The notes under the pieces were generated by a model. It saw only the letters and a program-made list of their open reading frames with translations. It did not search any database and was not told where the DNA came from. Position numbers and translations under genes: made by a program. A stretch of 64,000 nt of DNA, from NCBI GenBank assembly GCA_000708835.1, contig DF237029.1, forward strand, positions 169,527-233,526. The letters are read 5' to 3'. How positions within the stretch are numbered: position 1 is the first letter of the stretch; the number at the start of each line of letters is the position of its first letter. Origin of the DNA: Klebsormidium nitens (Eukaryota; Plantae; Klebsormidiophyceae). Positions 23,517 to 37,156 of the stretch are shown one piece after another.

Positions 23517-26500
23517 TCACCGCTCGGGTTGCTTCTCCCGCGGCTCGTCCAGCAGGTCGTACGTGGGCGGGATGTCGATCCCGAGCTCGCGCATGACGCC
23601 CTCCATTACTTCGTCGGTCTTGCCGAAGATGCACACCGCCGCCAGCTCATCCGCCGGCGTCTTCTGCAGGTTCACGATCACCAGCGGCTTCCGGTGCCGG
23701 ACCTGCACCGGAACGGCCAATGATTGGCATGTTTTCGTTCAACCAGACGTACTGATCAGCGGGTGGTCAACACGGCGACGGGATGGTAGACTCTTGGGGC
23801 GGGTTTTGAGTCTAGGGGCTTTTGGAAACTTTCTGCTTAAGAAAGCTCCAGCCCAAATAAGATGATTGCCTGATCATGAGTTGCAAAGAAGCATGCCAGA
23901 CATCCTCACTTCTTCTCAGAAGAGCCTCAAATTTAGGAAGCCCACGATCCGTCACACTTCTGCAATTTTAAGGAAGTCTGAAAACGCAGCATAACAAAGT
24001 GAGAATTGAACCCCAAAAAACCCTGTTTCTACGAGGCAGTATACTTTCTGGACCGCTCCGAACAGGTGCAAACCTTTTTTTAACCAGTTCATTCGAGCTC
24101 GAATCACCATCAAACGCCGGCCAATTCGAAAGCCCGACCAACTCAGATTGCGAAGTCCATTAAAGCGCATTGAAACACGCAAGTCCCAAATGTTTCCATG
24201 CGCCATGGACAAAGATCCTTGAGAGAAATGTCGACAACTTTCTTCATCCTACCCGGAATAACGAGTTCTCATCATCGTAAGCTCACGCAATGCGGATGGA
24301 TGGGGTACTTCTACCGCGAAACAGAAACTTTAGAGCCGCGACGCGCTCACTACGCAGATGGATAATTCCACCATGAATGGATCTCCGAATTTACAATGCG
24401 CAAAGCTCTCACGAACAGTCCCATCATAAGCAACCTTTAGAAGCACTCACAATGCGGATGGGCAGGTCCGCCGCGGGCGAGACCCGCATGGACGTCCCCA
24501 GCACGAGGCCCAGGTCCGCCCGGTCGCTGTGCTCCATCGCCCGGTGGAGAGTCCCCGACGGCAGCGGCTCGCTGAAGTTGACGATCGTGTCGTGTAACTG
24601 ATGCCCGCACTTGTCGCACCTGAGGAAAAAGCGTTTGTGCCTCTGGCGAGATGAAGAGCAGTCACAGTGCGATGGCCGAAATCAATTCAAGGGCACAGTA
24701 GGACGGGTGAAATCAGTTTGGGGGAACCTGAGAAGAGAATATAGGTGTGCGGAGCAGGTATTCTTTGGGTATAAATCTGGTTTTAGCCGAGGCGTTCAGT
24801 ACTTTCATGTTTATATTCTCTTGCCGAAAGGAAACGAGACGAACAGCTTCCAAGATCGATGGCGAAGTCTTTCGCGGGACCGAACGGCTTTGACGGGCAG
24901 TCATCGTCTACAGCCATCCTGCGAGAGCTTTTGTGAGATTGAAAAGGCGGTGAAAAAAAATCTCAAAAATCTGTTTGTGCCATGAAAGGAGTACCGTGCG
25001 ACAAAGCGGCTTCAGTACCGAAGCTTCGAGCGCGGCAGCTAATGCTGCGTTCGACTCTCCTCGGATCATCTCAGGAGATCTGACAACCAATCGAAAGACG
25101 TATGACGATGTTAAAACGGGTGCAACTGATTTTCTCAAAGCCACCAACTCGGTCACCCTCAGGCAAAACATCGTGTTCTGACATCGTGTTCTGGAAACGT
25201 AGAATCCAGAATAGGAAACTTCAGAATCCTCACTTGCGGCTGGTGCGGTGGTCCAGCACGTCGCGCGCCTCGCGCGTGGAGAAGGGGCGCCAGTACTCGC
25301 GGCCGCAGTTGCGGCAGATCTCCATGTTCGTGTTGCCGTGCAGCTCCGCCAGCTTGCTCTTCGCGATGCCCGACCTGCGCGCGCGCACGTGTGTCACGAC
25401 AATCAGGAGAGAGAACAGGAGCTTATTCGCTTGTATTGCCTGTATTGCTTGCTGCACCTTTTCCTGATCGACTCGTCGCGTACGAGTCGATCCGTGGAGG
25501 GACTGTTGTCTCCGTGATTTGAGTTGCACCCTGATGCAGTGCCTGGAACCGCATCTCAACACTGGAGCGCAAGAAGACTTGAGGAAACACATGGATCGGC
25601 TCAACAACCTCTCTTCTTCGGAGCGAAAGGCGGCAACCGGTTGGGATCCTTCACAACAGATGTTTGCAGTCACCACGATTCGCTGATCATGATTTTGCGT
25701 CGTCTCTATCCCCGCAACCGTCTTCACACTTAAATGTTATAATCGATGAGACTTCCGTCGGCCCTAGAAACGTACGATCCTTGCAGCCTCTCCCTTCTCA
25801 GAGGCAGCCAACTAGAGTACGAGCCCCGTCGCAACCTTGCGGCTTTGCTTCCTGATTGCAGTGATTCCCAGACTGTTCGAAACGAAAGAGAAACTTCATC
25901 AGATTCGACATCCATGCGTCTCTTCTCGTTCGCGAGAAACCTCTTCGAAGTTGCCACCGACTAATTGAAATCGACGAAAGTGAGAGGAGCTTGTCCGTAA
26001 CGTCCTTTAAAAACAAAGATCAATCAAATGGGCCGGACCAGAATCTCCCTTGCAAATCGGCCGCAGCCTTTCTCTGGTAAAACGTACCGGGTTCCAAGTG
26101 AGCCCCACCTGCGGTGCATACCGTCCGTGTTCTGGCTGACCACGTACTTCAGCTTCCCCCGGTTCTGCAGCTCCGCCAGGGCCATGTGCGTCAGGGACGG
26201 CCGGGGGCGGCCCGCCCGGGGGGCACGCGACGCGGACAGGCCCTTGGCGCGGAGGGTCCAGACGCCCTGGCGGTGGGAGAAATAGGGGTTAAGAAAACGG
26301 GTTAGCTGTATTTTTGCATGGCGATTGGGTCCCTTGATATATGGAGTGCGAAAGCAACGGCCCCGGGAGACAATGTCTCAATATCGGAAAGATCCTGTTG
26401 GCCCAGCGGCCGATCCGCTGAACGGTCCAAGCGAGTTGACAGAGTGACCAGATGCGGTTGAGGATTTGCCTTCTAATTGTCGGGCTAGAGGAGAATGCCT

Positions 26501-28135
26501 GGGTGCACAGACTAGGCTCAAAGCATTGAGAGAGAGTTTTCATTCCAAAAGCAGCAGACAGTGCGCGTTGAACGAACGTCACAATCGCCGTTGAGATGTA
26601 TTGCCGTATCAATCGACTGTCAGTATCTCGACGCCAAGGCCAAGTGTTCTGCTCTAGCAGCTATATCTAAGATCATTTAGTCCTGAATTAACCCTCAGAA
26701 CCGTTAAATATCCTCCAGCCTTCTGGATCATCCAGACATTGAACACAAAGCACCCCAAGAAAACATGTTTCCAAGCACATCTTATTCTGAAAGCAGATAT
26801 TCGAAGTCAAATACGTCAAGCTCTGAGGGTCGACATTCTTAACGCCCACGGAAATCTGACGTCAAGACCTGAAGGTCCGCATACTCAACGCCCACGGTAT
26901 TCTGACGTCAGGACCTAAAAGTCTACATATCTGAGGCCTACGGAAATCTGACGTCAAGAACTGAAAGTCGACACACTTAACGCCCCCGGAAATCTGACGT
27001 CAAGACCTAAAAATCTACATACCTGAGCCCCACGGTATTCTGACGTCAAGCCCTGAGAGTCGAAACACTTAACGCCCCCGGAAATCTGACGTCAAGACCT
27101 AAAAGTCTACATACCTAACGCCCGCGGTAATCTAACGTTAAGACCTAAAAGTCAATATACCTGAGGCCCACGGAAGTCAGGGATGCCCGTGCTGGTACTG
27201 ATGCCTGCGCCAGTGTATGCCACCATGTACTGACTCTGCGAAACATGGATTTCGTTGTATTGATTGCTGAGGATTAACAGGTCAGTGTTCACCACCTTCA
27301 GGAAAAGCTCAGTGGCTCGAAAAATAATCTTCCAGGCCTTTTGCGCCCTACCTCGAAGGTCACATGAAGGAGGCAAGGCGCTTCGAGCAGAGCCCAAGCT
27401 GTGGCTGTGATAGCTTTCACAGTTGAACGTTTAGAGATGCGCAAGCTGGTGGAAAAATAAAAGAAAACATCCTGTTGCAATTTAAGTGGGGTTCAGCTGG
27501 CTTCTTACAGAGTAAAAGATGTACAACAAACAACAAACTTGCTACTCCGTAAGAAGAATCACGGGAAGGCAGAATCACGGAGCCCTCAGACTTTCGATTA
27601 CGACTTCAGAGCTGCACGTCTTTATGTACTCTCTCTTGCCCAAGCAACCACAAAGGTTGCAGACATGCAAATTAATTGACAGCTTTGTAGTCCACCCTGA
27701 AAGGCCTCGAAGTCCAGCTTGTCAAAGAAAGAAAGGCAGCCTTGTAATGGAGCAAAGCTCGAAGACAGCTGTCTTCAAATTTGTGTGCCTTTAGCATACT
27801 CCATCTCTGCTCATTGCATCCAGCAACCATGCCTGGGGGCTTGTATGCAGCCATGCTCCTTTCCAAGCTTTCATGCACTTTAGAAGCGGCTTCTCACAGT
27901 TCACTGAGCAATCGGAAAGTTAGGAACACGGGGCCAAAATTTGAGCAGAAGCCAATACATTCCCAGCCTGTATACCATACCTGGCAGTGTAGTGGCAGGA
28001 TAGTATGCAGCGCTTGGAATCAATAAGCTGCCGTACCTGTTTGATCAGATTTGCCAGCTGTTTGATCTTCTTCTGAAGCACGTCCGGCGGGTCCCGGTAC
28101 TCCGTCGTCTCTTCGGGCACGCCCAGGTCCGCCAT
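23517..28135 (-). CDS. SRT1: Class IV (SIRT6/7/SRT1-like) NAD-dependent deacetylase, ~275 aa
   Basis: Exons 28135-28037, 27235-27161, 26266-26109, 25374-25234, 24619-24451, 23702-23517 join in frame (828 nt). Motifs [49 protein letters not shown] zinc site, [33 protein letters not shown]. Confidence 0.92.
26803..27180 (-). repeat. 46-bp tandem array (~8 units) built from the sirtuin exon-2 3' end plus splice donor
   Basis: tctgacgtcaag recurs at 26855, 26901, 26947, 26993, 27039, 27085, with variant tctaacgttaag at 27131. The final unit is the real exon end (PDFRGPQ|gtatat). Confidence 0.92.
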
Positions 28136-29942
28136 TCTAGTTCCCCTGGGCCGGTTTCTTCTCTTGGTTGGAGGATTTTGAATGACGGCTTTCTGCGCGA
28201 AGGGTTCCCTCCGAAGTCGTTCGCTGGCTGACGGGTCACGTAGGGACCTTGCACTTGATGTGAATAACCTCAGATTGCAGTGGTTATATAATAGGAAGGT
28301 GCTCGACATTCCGCGTTCCTAGCCGCCACTACGCCGCTGCAAAGCCCGCCAAATTATCCTTTTCAGGGCGGCCATGGTGTCTCTTTGAACAGGAGATGAG
28401 CATCAAGATACAACTACCTGCTGGAGTAATACGACAGAGTAGTTTTAGGAGCAGAGTCAAGAGCCTTTTGTCATTCGAAGGATGTCACAGTGAGGCAGCT
28501 TGAGATCCACATGCATGTTGATTGCATGTTTGCAAAAGGAAACAACCGGTGCAGACGATGCCCGGGCACGAGCTCGTCGAGTGCATGCTGTGCAGCGCAG
28601 CTGTCCGGCAGTGTCACCTCTGACGCATGCACGGAGTGCATGACTTATGAGCTCCGACTTGACCAGCCGATAGGTACATCATAGAGCATGAGCACGGTCT
28701 GGCTGCTAAATATGCGCGCCCCTGCTGTACACATGCCAGCATGCCGTGAGCCGAGTGTGTAACGCAGATTTCCCAAGAAGTGAAACGTTCTTGAGGGATT
28801 TCCCTGCGGCGATAGGCCAGACCGGCACCCTGCCCGGCATCAAACCAAGCTCGTTGTTGCCGGGGCCGAGAAAGCCATGGAAGGGTTCATGGGTCCTATG
28901 CACGTTTGTTGACCTGCAAAGCCGTTGATCGAGTGCCTCTCAATTGACGCGGGCCGGAGCTAGGCAGCTAGCTGCCGGCCGCGCGGCACAGCTGAGCACA
29001 TGCATGCGATCGGAGCTTCCATGCCAACTTTAAATCTACATGCCGATATGCACGATTTTGGTGAATGAATGCTCCTGGCCCAATTAACATCATCACATCA
29101 GCCCAGTGGTCCAAGCTCTGGCCGGCCGGGGATAGGGCCCGGCGCGGGCGCTTTGCATGTATGGCTGTACGTAGAGCGACTTAAAAATTCTGGCATCTAT
29201 ACTGCCTAGCGCGATCTGACAAAGTGATGCTATGCGTGTTCCGGCGAAGGGCGATCGCTCATGGTCAATGTGACGCGGAACTATATGCAGCTCGCGTGTG
29301 CACACATGATCGGAACCGTTAATTCGAGCTCTTCTAAGTGAGGACTTGTCCCCTTTTGTGACACGTGCATAACAATACATTCTTCTTGCTCCGACTGGCA
29401 ACCTTAAGATGAGGTGAACAGAGGGGCAGACTGAACTGAGCGCCTGTAAACCACCCTGGACGGCCCTTGTAGTTCAATCGAGTACGTGCTCAGTCCGAGT
29501 TGCTAAAAGTTTAAAGAGGTCGGCTGAATAAGCCTCTTTACCTGGCTATTACTAGATCCCTGAAACGCAATGAACTCCGCGTCCGTTACAAGTAAATCAT
29601 CCAGGCTTGATTGTCAATATCCAACGACCTGCTTTCTTGGATACTCTCGGCGTTGAACTCGGGCCTCAACTTTTATAGTAGCTAGCTTCAAGCTTCCGCG
29701 TCTAATAGTGCCGTTCAGCTGAAGAAAGAATTACCTACAAGCTTGCAGATTCGTCCAGTTGAAGTTCGCTGTAGCATTTCACTGATTGCTTTGACGGCCG
29801 TATTTGCAAGCTAACACTGTACATGTAATCGGTTTGCATAATCTACATACGCTAGTTCAGCATCCTGTAATCGCTTAGCCATTATTACGCACGAGCTTTT
29901 CTGCAGTTTCATGGTACAAAAAGATTCAAGCGGTCTTCGCCA

Positions 29943-32900
29943 CTAAGGAACCGGAAGCTCACCCTTCGCAACAAACGAACCGAAAGCTTCCAGGGACTTC
30001 TTCCGCCTGGGACGGCCCGCACTTGCCATTGCCTGTCCCTTTCCTGAGTCCCCCACTTCGTGCTCTGCCCTAGCTCTTTCATGGGCTCCTATCTTTGACT
30101 CCAGCAATTGTCGCAAACATTCCTCCGCACACACCACCCCCGTACCCGACAGCTCTTCAGTCGCTTTCTCCAACGCTTCAACGGTGATCCTATCCGATTT
30201 GGCCAGCTTCTGGATTCCTTGCCCCAGGGGAATGTCGCCGATCGGCTGCCCAGTGCTCGAGACGCGTCGCCCCATGCTTTCTGGCAGCTTTGGAGAAGCG
30301 TCCTCCGTTCCTTCCAGACCCCCATCTCCCAAAGCCTCGCTTCCAAACTGACTCCCGTCTGCATCCCCGTTTCCCACCCCACTATTCAGCGCATCCGCTC
30401 CCTGCTCGTGTTCGCGTAATCCCCGACTGCTCGGTCGTCCCCGGAAGCTTTCTACCAGTTGCCCCACTTCATCGAGCTCCGCAGCCTCCCTCTCCCGCTC
30501 TCTCTCCTCGTCTGCCACGTGTCCGTTTGGAAGGTCAGCCACGTGGCTTGGGCCGGCAGTCGTTGCGGACCCATGTGCTTCTCGACTCAGGGCTTCATCC
30601 CCCTGCAGAGCGCATTCTTCGGCTGTCTCCCTCTCGATCTTCACGACCTCTCTCCCCTTCTCAGACGTCGCATGGCCGCTCTCGGCTGGGGCACTCCCCT
30701 CGGACAACCTCGACCAGCCGTTCCCACGCTCTCCGACCCCATTGCTTCCTTGCGCACGCAACCTCTCGGAGGCGGACCTCAGAAACCCCTTGCTTCGAAG
30801 CTTGCGCCCGGGCAGGCTGCCACTGTCCAGCTCAGCAGGCGCCGTCCGGTGCAACCGGTCCACCATCCGTACGACACGTGGCCTGCCGTCCTCTTTTCCC
30901 CCCCCTGGCCGGAGCCCCTTGTGCCCCCCTCCTAAACCTCCGCTCGAATGGCCAAATCCGTTTGCGGCTCTTGACATCACCGCCCCGTCCGAAAGGCCGT
31001 TCAGCCGGGGGGCCTGCCCCGCCCCCAACGAAATGTGCCGCGTCAACCCGTTCTCCCCTTCTTTCCGCCCCGACGCCTCCTCCCGATCCTCGAAGCGCGA
31101 ATTTTCTTCCCCAGCGGTCTCCCCCGCCTCCACCGTGTGCGGCAGCACAAACCGGACGTCGTGCGAGCTTCGGTGGCCCCACCGGCCCAGGTTCCGGTAG
31201 CTCTGNNNNNNNNNNNNNNNNNNNNNNNNNNNNNNNNNNNNNNNNNNNNNNNNNNNNNNNNNNNNNNNNNNNNNNNNNNNNNNNNNNNNNNNNNNNNNNN
31301 NNNNNNNNNNNNNNNNNNNNNNNNNNNNNNNNNNNNNNNNNNNNNNNNNNNNNNNNNNNNNNNNNNNNNNNNNNNNNNNNNNNNNNNNNNNNNNNNNNNN
31401 NNNNNNNNNNNNNNNNNNNNNNNNNNNNNNNNNNNNNNNNNNNNNNNNNNNNNNNNNNNNNNNNNNNNNNNNNNNNNNNNNNNNNNNNNNNNNNNNNNNN
31501 NNNNNNNNNNNNNNNNNNNNNNNNNNNNNNNNNNNNNNNNNNNNNNNNNNNNNNNNNNNNNNNNNNNNNNNNNNNNNNNNNNNNNNNNNNNNNNNNNNNN
31601 NNNNNNNNNNNNNNNNNNNNNNNNNNNNNNNNNNNNNNNNNNNNNNNNNNNNNNNNNNNNNNNNNNNNNNNNNNNNNNNNNNNNNNNNNNNNNNNNNNNN
31701 NNNNNNNNNNNNNNNNNNNNNNNNNNNNNNNNNNNNNNNNNNNNNNNNNNNNNNNNNNNNNNNNNNNNNNNNNNNNNNNNNNNNNNNNNNNNNNNNNNNN
31801 NNNNNNNNNNNNNNNNNNNNNNNNNNNNNNNNNNNNNNNNNNNNNNNNNNNNNNNNNNNNNNNNNNNNNNNNNNNNNNNNNNNNNNNNNNNTCTTTGCTC
31901 ACGTTCGGCAGCTCGTGGCCGACAGACACCCCCGACAGGCTTTCCACCCGCCCCAGCCCCGGTTCGTGCACCAAGTGCCGCCCCGAGCCCTGCTCAGCGA
32001 TCGGGTGCCACCCGATCTGCAGCGGGGGCCCGTCGCGCCTCCGGGGCCCCCGGATCGACCCCATTTCGTCCGCCAGCAGCTTCTCCGGCGTCGTCGCGGG
32101 CGCTGCAGACTCGTCCCCGTGGTCGGGCAACACCTGGTGCGAGCTGCTGCGGAAGAGCGGGCCCCCGGCTTTGGTCCACGAGATCTGCGTCATCTCGTTC
32201 TCCGCCTCGCTGTCGCTGCTATGCCCTTCCCCCGGCTTGCGCTTCGGCCGCCGGAGGGCGCCCCACGCGGACAGCCCCGCGCGCGTCATCTCCGCGATGT
32301 CGTCCTCGGTCAGCGACTCGGAGGAGAAGTCCCGGGGGAGCGTGTTCCAGGACGGGATGCGCCCGCGGCCGAGGCCGAGGCCGGTTCCGCGGAGGCCGCT
32401 GCCGTCCGTGGACGCCTCAGCCTGGCGCCAAAACTGGGCTTCTTCGCGCGCGCGCTTTCTGCAGACGGAGCCGAAAGGCAGGATTGAGCAACGGACGCGA
32501 AATGTGCGTGCTTGCTTCTCGGATGCCGGTTGTTGCCGGGTTTAGCGAAGTCTGCGTTTCCTCGGTCGTGCTTGTCGGGGATGGACAAACAAGCAAGCGA
32601 ATCTTGGAAGAATCTCCCTACGAAGACCTTTTCAGAGAGCTTCGGTTGAGCTCTAAAAACACCCTCTATTTTTCGAGCGACCGAGACAATCAAGCGCCAT
32701 ATAGTACAAGAACTTCGAAGGTCGCTGAATCGCACCTGGCCTCGTGCTTTCTCCAGGCCAGGTCGGCGACCACCTTGTCCAGCTCTAGCTCGATGGCGCT
32801 GTTGGCAGTGATCGCGGAAAGCTTGGCCCACGTGGCACGCACGCCCTGGGACATGCCACGCTTCAGCTCCGTGGAGGTGGGGTTGCGGATGAGGCCGATG

Positions 32901-35900
32901 TACTGCAAGAGGGGGACAGCTTTTCAGGAAACCGGGACAAGGCAAAAACTCCAGCTCGCGGCTAAAACGGTGATGACGTTTTCGGGTTGATGATCAAGAA
33001 GATAGCTGCAATTAGCCAACGGTGTCGATCGAAAGAAATCTAAAGCGAGACAGAAACTCTGCCAGCCCTCAGCTCAAGCATGAAAAATAATTTGTAAGAC
33101 GAGAATGATCAGCCTATCCGTTGAACATTACGAGCTCGTCTTCGAAAGTACACCAAGAACTGGCTACGAAGGAAACAGAAGAAGAGCCACGAAACGTCTT
33201 TCAACGACGCACAGAGCAGCAGGACTCCTGAGCAACGAAGGCGCCTCACCTGAGCCAGGGACGCATTCATGACTATGGTGACGTCCCCCTCCCAGTCCTG
33301 TGCGAAGAGCTTGGCCAAACCGTAGAAGCCGAAGCCCATCTCCAGTGCCTGGTTACACCGGTGCTTGATCTCCATCTCGAGCAGATGCATGCCCTGCAAG
33401 CATTCAGTTGAAAGTGCGTCACTTTTGGAAAGGGACGCAACAAACCGAAATAGCTGTAGATTCGCGCAGGTCCCTTTGTCACAATATCCTTGTCCAACCA
33501 TCGAAATAAGACCAACTTGTCGAAAGAAGTCGTAGAGGCTGCCAGGAAGGAACTTGGAACCTTACCTTTGACGCCAACTGCCCCCCGTACTGCCGCACTG
33601 TCTCTTTCAATCTCAAGAGGGGCGCGATGTGCGGGTTGGCCTGGCTGACGATGAAGTGGTTGACGTTGAACAGCTCCTTCAGAGGCCCGATTGGAAGGTC
33701 TGTTTCGAGGCTGCCGTCTCGCCAGTGCCGAGCGCCGATGCCGCCGTTCTTGTCAGGGCCGAGCTCGGTGGGAGGGTGGTAAGGGACGAGACGACCAAAG
33801 CGGTCCTTGGCCATCAGCTCCTGCACAGACTCGCCTCATTGCGATCAGCTCGAAACTCGACATTTGCAAATCGAAGAAACTCGACTACGAGCTTAAATTT
33901 ACAGAAACTCGTTATAAATTTCAGGCAATCCGGTTACGAGCCTTAATATGAAGCAAGTCGACTACGAGCTTCATACGCTGGCTTGGACTCGTTAGCTGTG
34001 ACAGAAAGAACACGACCAGGCGGAAAACAGGGTAAGCTTGGATCCTGGTACGGAACATTGAAACTTGTCAATATAATCCAACCCCTACACTCAAAGAAAA
34101 CGAAAGAGGGAGCAGCCCTACCTGCGGCGAGAAGAGGCCTGGGAAGGCACACGAGGCGGTCACTGCGCTCCAGATGACGACGTTGGGAGACGAGAGGTAG
34201 TTCAGCAGCCGGGGAGGCTCCTTCGGGCGAGACGAGCACACGGTGATGCACAGCACCCGGCCTGAGATGTCATACGCCTCCTGGAAGGTCATGTCACCGA
34301 TCAGCTCCCGCATCTTGCGCTGCAGGGGTCCGATCTCCTGCATCGCCCCCCGCGTGAGCAGCCGGTGCGCCGTCATGATCACGTTCCCCATCTCGTCAAA
34401 GAAGTGCATCTTCGGCAGCGGGCCCTGGAAGAATGCCTGCAGCTGGACCCAGGGCCGGGTCGCAGTGAAGGAGCAGATGATGGACCCGACGCTCGAGCCG
34501 GCTACCACGCGAGGGAGTAGCCCGTGCTCGATCAGGGTCTTGACCACCCCCAGATGGAACGCCCCGAGGGCGGCCCCCCCGCTGAGAAGAAGAGCGGTCC
34601 GGCCAAAAGCGTGCCGAACCTCGTGGAAGAAGGAGAGCTTGTCGTCCAGGCCAAAGTCTGCCTGCTCTGGGGCGTCCTTGATGATGCGCAGGTGCTCGCA
34701 CACCTCCCCCAGGTACTCTGAGATGAGGGGGGGTGTGTGCAGGCGGTTCTTGTGCAGCTCGGGGTTGCACATGTTCCCCAGGTTGCGGATCAGGTCGGTG
34801 CGCAGGGCAAACATCATGTCCTCGACGCAGCCCTCCTGGCGGCGCTTGCGGAGCTCGTGGAAGCGGGCTTGGACTAGCTCAACGTCGTACCTGAGAATTT
34901 AGAAGGAGGTTCAGTACTGGTGGACACCAGCTGGTGCAAGGTCTCAACCAGGAAATGAATTTTTTTGACAGAGTAGGGAGTCAAGCAATCAAGTCAACTG
35001 AGAAGGCAGCCACAGTCCTGGTCTTAAGCAACACCAGAAAGCACCTCGTGCATCCTATGACAAACGAGTTTGAAAACGAGTTTCTTACCAACTGGCTACA
35101 GTTTTGAGAAACATTTGGCTGACTCCGGGGGACATGTGATCAAGCCACCACTGTCAGCTGGTCTGCCAGGATTTCTTACAAACTAGGCTTGCTTGCTAGT
35201 AATCCAATGTTATTTGACTGATGCTGGCATTATGCACTTGATACTGACGTTCACGAGAGCTGGCACATCTCTTTTTGACAGGAACTTTCCCTGAAACCTT
35301 GGGTCCGGATACGGCAGCTGAAGGAGCTTCCTTCTGCTGAAAGTACTCTCAAACCTGATTGCCAACACCATGAGATGATGCTGACTGAAAAACAACCAAT
35401 TTGACCTGGACTCCTCTCCTGAACTAAGCTGATGTGACAAGGACGGAACACACGACTCCGAGTTCTTCCTACAGGATCTTACGACAGCCTCAGCTGGACA
35501 GATTACTTGAACATGCTGAGCACAATCACGAGCTTAACAGACGGGAAGCCAAGGTGCAAATCTTCCGAACGAACAGGGACTTACAAGTCTGCGTCTCTCC
35601 GCCGTCCAATGTACTGCTCCAGCTGCTTGGCAGCATGGGCCCACTCTTCGTACGTTGCAGCTGAGGCAATCATGTTCTTGTAGAATGTCCTCTTCACTTC
35701 CAAGACCTTGGCGTTAATACTGTGAAGACGGTGCCGCCTCAAGAGATAGCCGACTAGGATCATGCCCCCAAGCAGCACATTTGGATTCCTTGGATTCAGC
35801 CAGTCCTTCAGCACTTTCCACAGAATGGACAGCGCCTTCAATCCCTTCCGCAGCCCGTACCGAATCCTGAACTTGAGGACTAAGAGCACCTTTTTGCAGA

Positions 35901-36009
35901 CCGTACGAGCAGCCTCCCAGGAAAGAGCTTGCACAGCAACCGCCCGGCCATACAGGGTGTCCGGCCCGATGCGGAAGAGATCAACGATGACCTCCTCATC
36001 AGAATCCAT
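29943..36009 (-). CDS. SDP1: Patatin-domain triacylglycerol lipase, SDP1/TGL4-like; last exon interrupted by the assembly gap
   Basis: Exons 36009-35585, 34890-34122, 33820-33566, 33393-33250, 32902-32736, 32458-(gap)-29943. Motifs [22 protein letters not shown] lipase serine, [55 protein letters not shown]. Confidence 0.92.
31206..31891. other. Assembly gap (686 N)
   Basis: Run of N inside the GC-rich terminal exon region of SDP1. Confidence 0.99.
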
Positions 36010-36505
36010 CTCCAGGGGACCCTGAGCAGCGTACCACGAAGGCAGAGGGAGGGATCAACACAGCATTGCGACCCCGGAGTGCAGATTCCTCCCTATGCTG
36101 CCCTGATCAAAGTGCAACTTAGTGTGGCACTCAAAACCAGAGGCCGGTAAACCACTCAAGGTGACAGGATTGTTGCTTTCTTGTCTTTTGTCTCACAAAC
36201 CTCAAACTTCCGCTGTCATTCAATGTGCTTCTCCCCCACCGTCTGAGCCCTCCGAAATTACCATCTTCTGTCTTCATGACCAACGTCTGCCCTAGCCATG
36301 GACGTGTCCTGTCTCTTCGGATGCTTCGAAACCATGGATGATGGAGGCCACTGCTCTTCCGTTGGTTTCTAGGCAGCCTGAGCAAGCTGCACCCCGCTGT
36401 CGCTTGCGCGCCTCTCGTGAATCCCTGGCCGGGGTGAGTCAGCAAGTCACTTTATCCGCTTTTGCAGAGTCCGATCAGCTGCCACCTCAGCATAGGGGCG
36501 GCCAG

Positions 36506-36944
36506 GACACGTGGCATCTGACAAAAGGCTCATATGGACTATATAAGCTATAGAACCTGCGTATACCTATGCGTACATAAGCTGACAGTGCCGAACAAAA
36601 GCATATGGCCAAGAAATGGATCAGAAGGAATGGTCTCGACGAGGAATTTAGTTGGACCAGCCTCCCGGGATCACCCCTCGGGGCCAAAGGTTCAGCCGCA
36701 AGAGGCTGGCCTTTTAGTTGCTGGTGTCGGTGATCAGACCCCGGGACCCTGCCCCGGCGGATCTCCTCTTCATGATCCAGTTTTCAGTATGTCAAAGAGG
36801 AAGCTCACCGCATGACTCAGCCAAAGAAGCCAATAGTATCGCTCCCTCCACGAGCCGAAGTTCCAGTTGACTTGAGACCTTCAACTGTACATTTGAATTA
36901 GGTAGATCACAGCAGGAGGGGAGCGAGAGGCCCGTGTGACGTCA
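36506..36944. promoter_or_regulatory. ACGT-core bZIP-type sites in the SDP1/bZIP divergent intergenic region
   Basis: GACACGTGGC (G-box/ABRE type) at 36506-36515 and TGACGTCA (C-box/CRE type) at 36937-36944. Confidence 0.35.
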
Positions 36945-37156
36945 ACTCTGCGCCATGTATCTGGGCTTCCCCTAAAATCGTTGTTGCTTATGGCCGTGGT
37001 GATCCTAGGAGCGGACTGCCACAACCAGCTGTAGACCGGTAGGAACCTGCAATCAGATTTGGGTAGGCGGGTTTAAGGAGCCGGCGTTGCTGGACGCTTT
37101 TGTTGGGTCTCAGAGCATCCATCAGGCGGGATACAGCTTAGGGCCGAACCGGAGCA

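Noticed and set aside
26803-27180. 46-bp periodic array as a CRISPR array
   Set aside because: Whole units are homologous with no unique spacers, there are no cas genes, and the unit derives from the host exon-intron junction.
29462-29504. tRNA-like start ggcccttgtagttcaatcg
   Set aside because: A-box-like only; no anticodon arm, T-loop (GTTCRA) or matching acceptor stem could be folded.
30290-32990. Long ORFs of 751, 651 and 485 aa
   Set aside because: They run through the N gap and are antisense or off-frame shadows of the SDP1 terminal exon.
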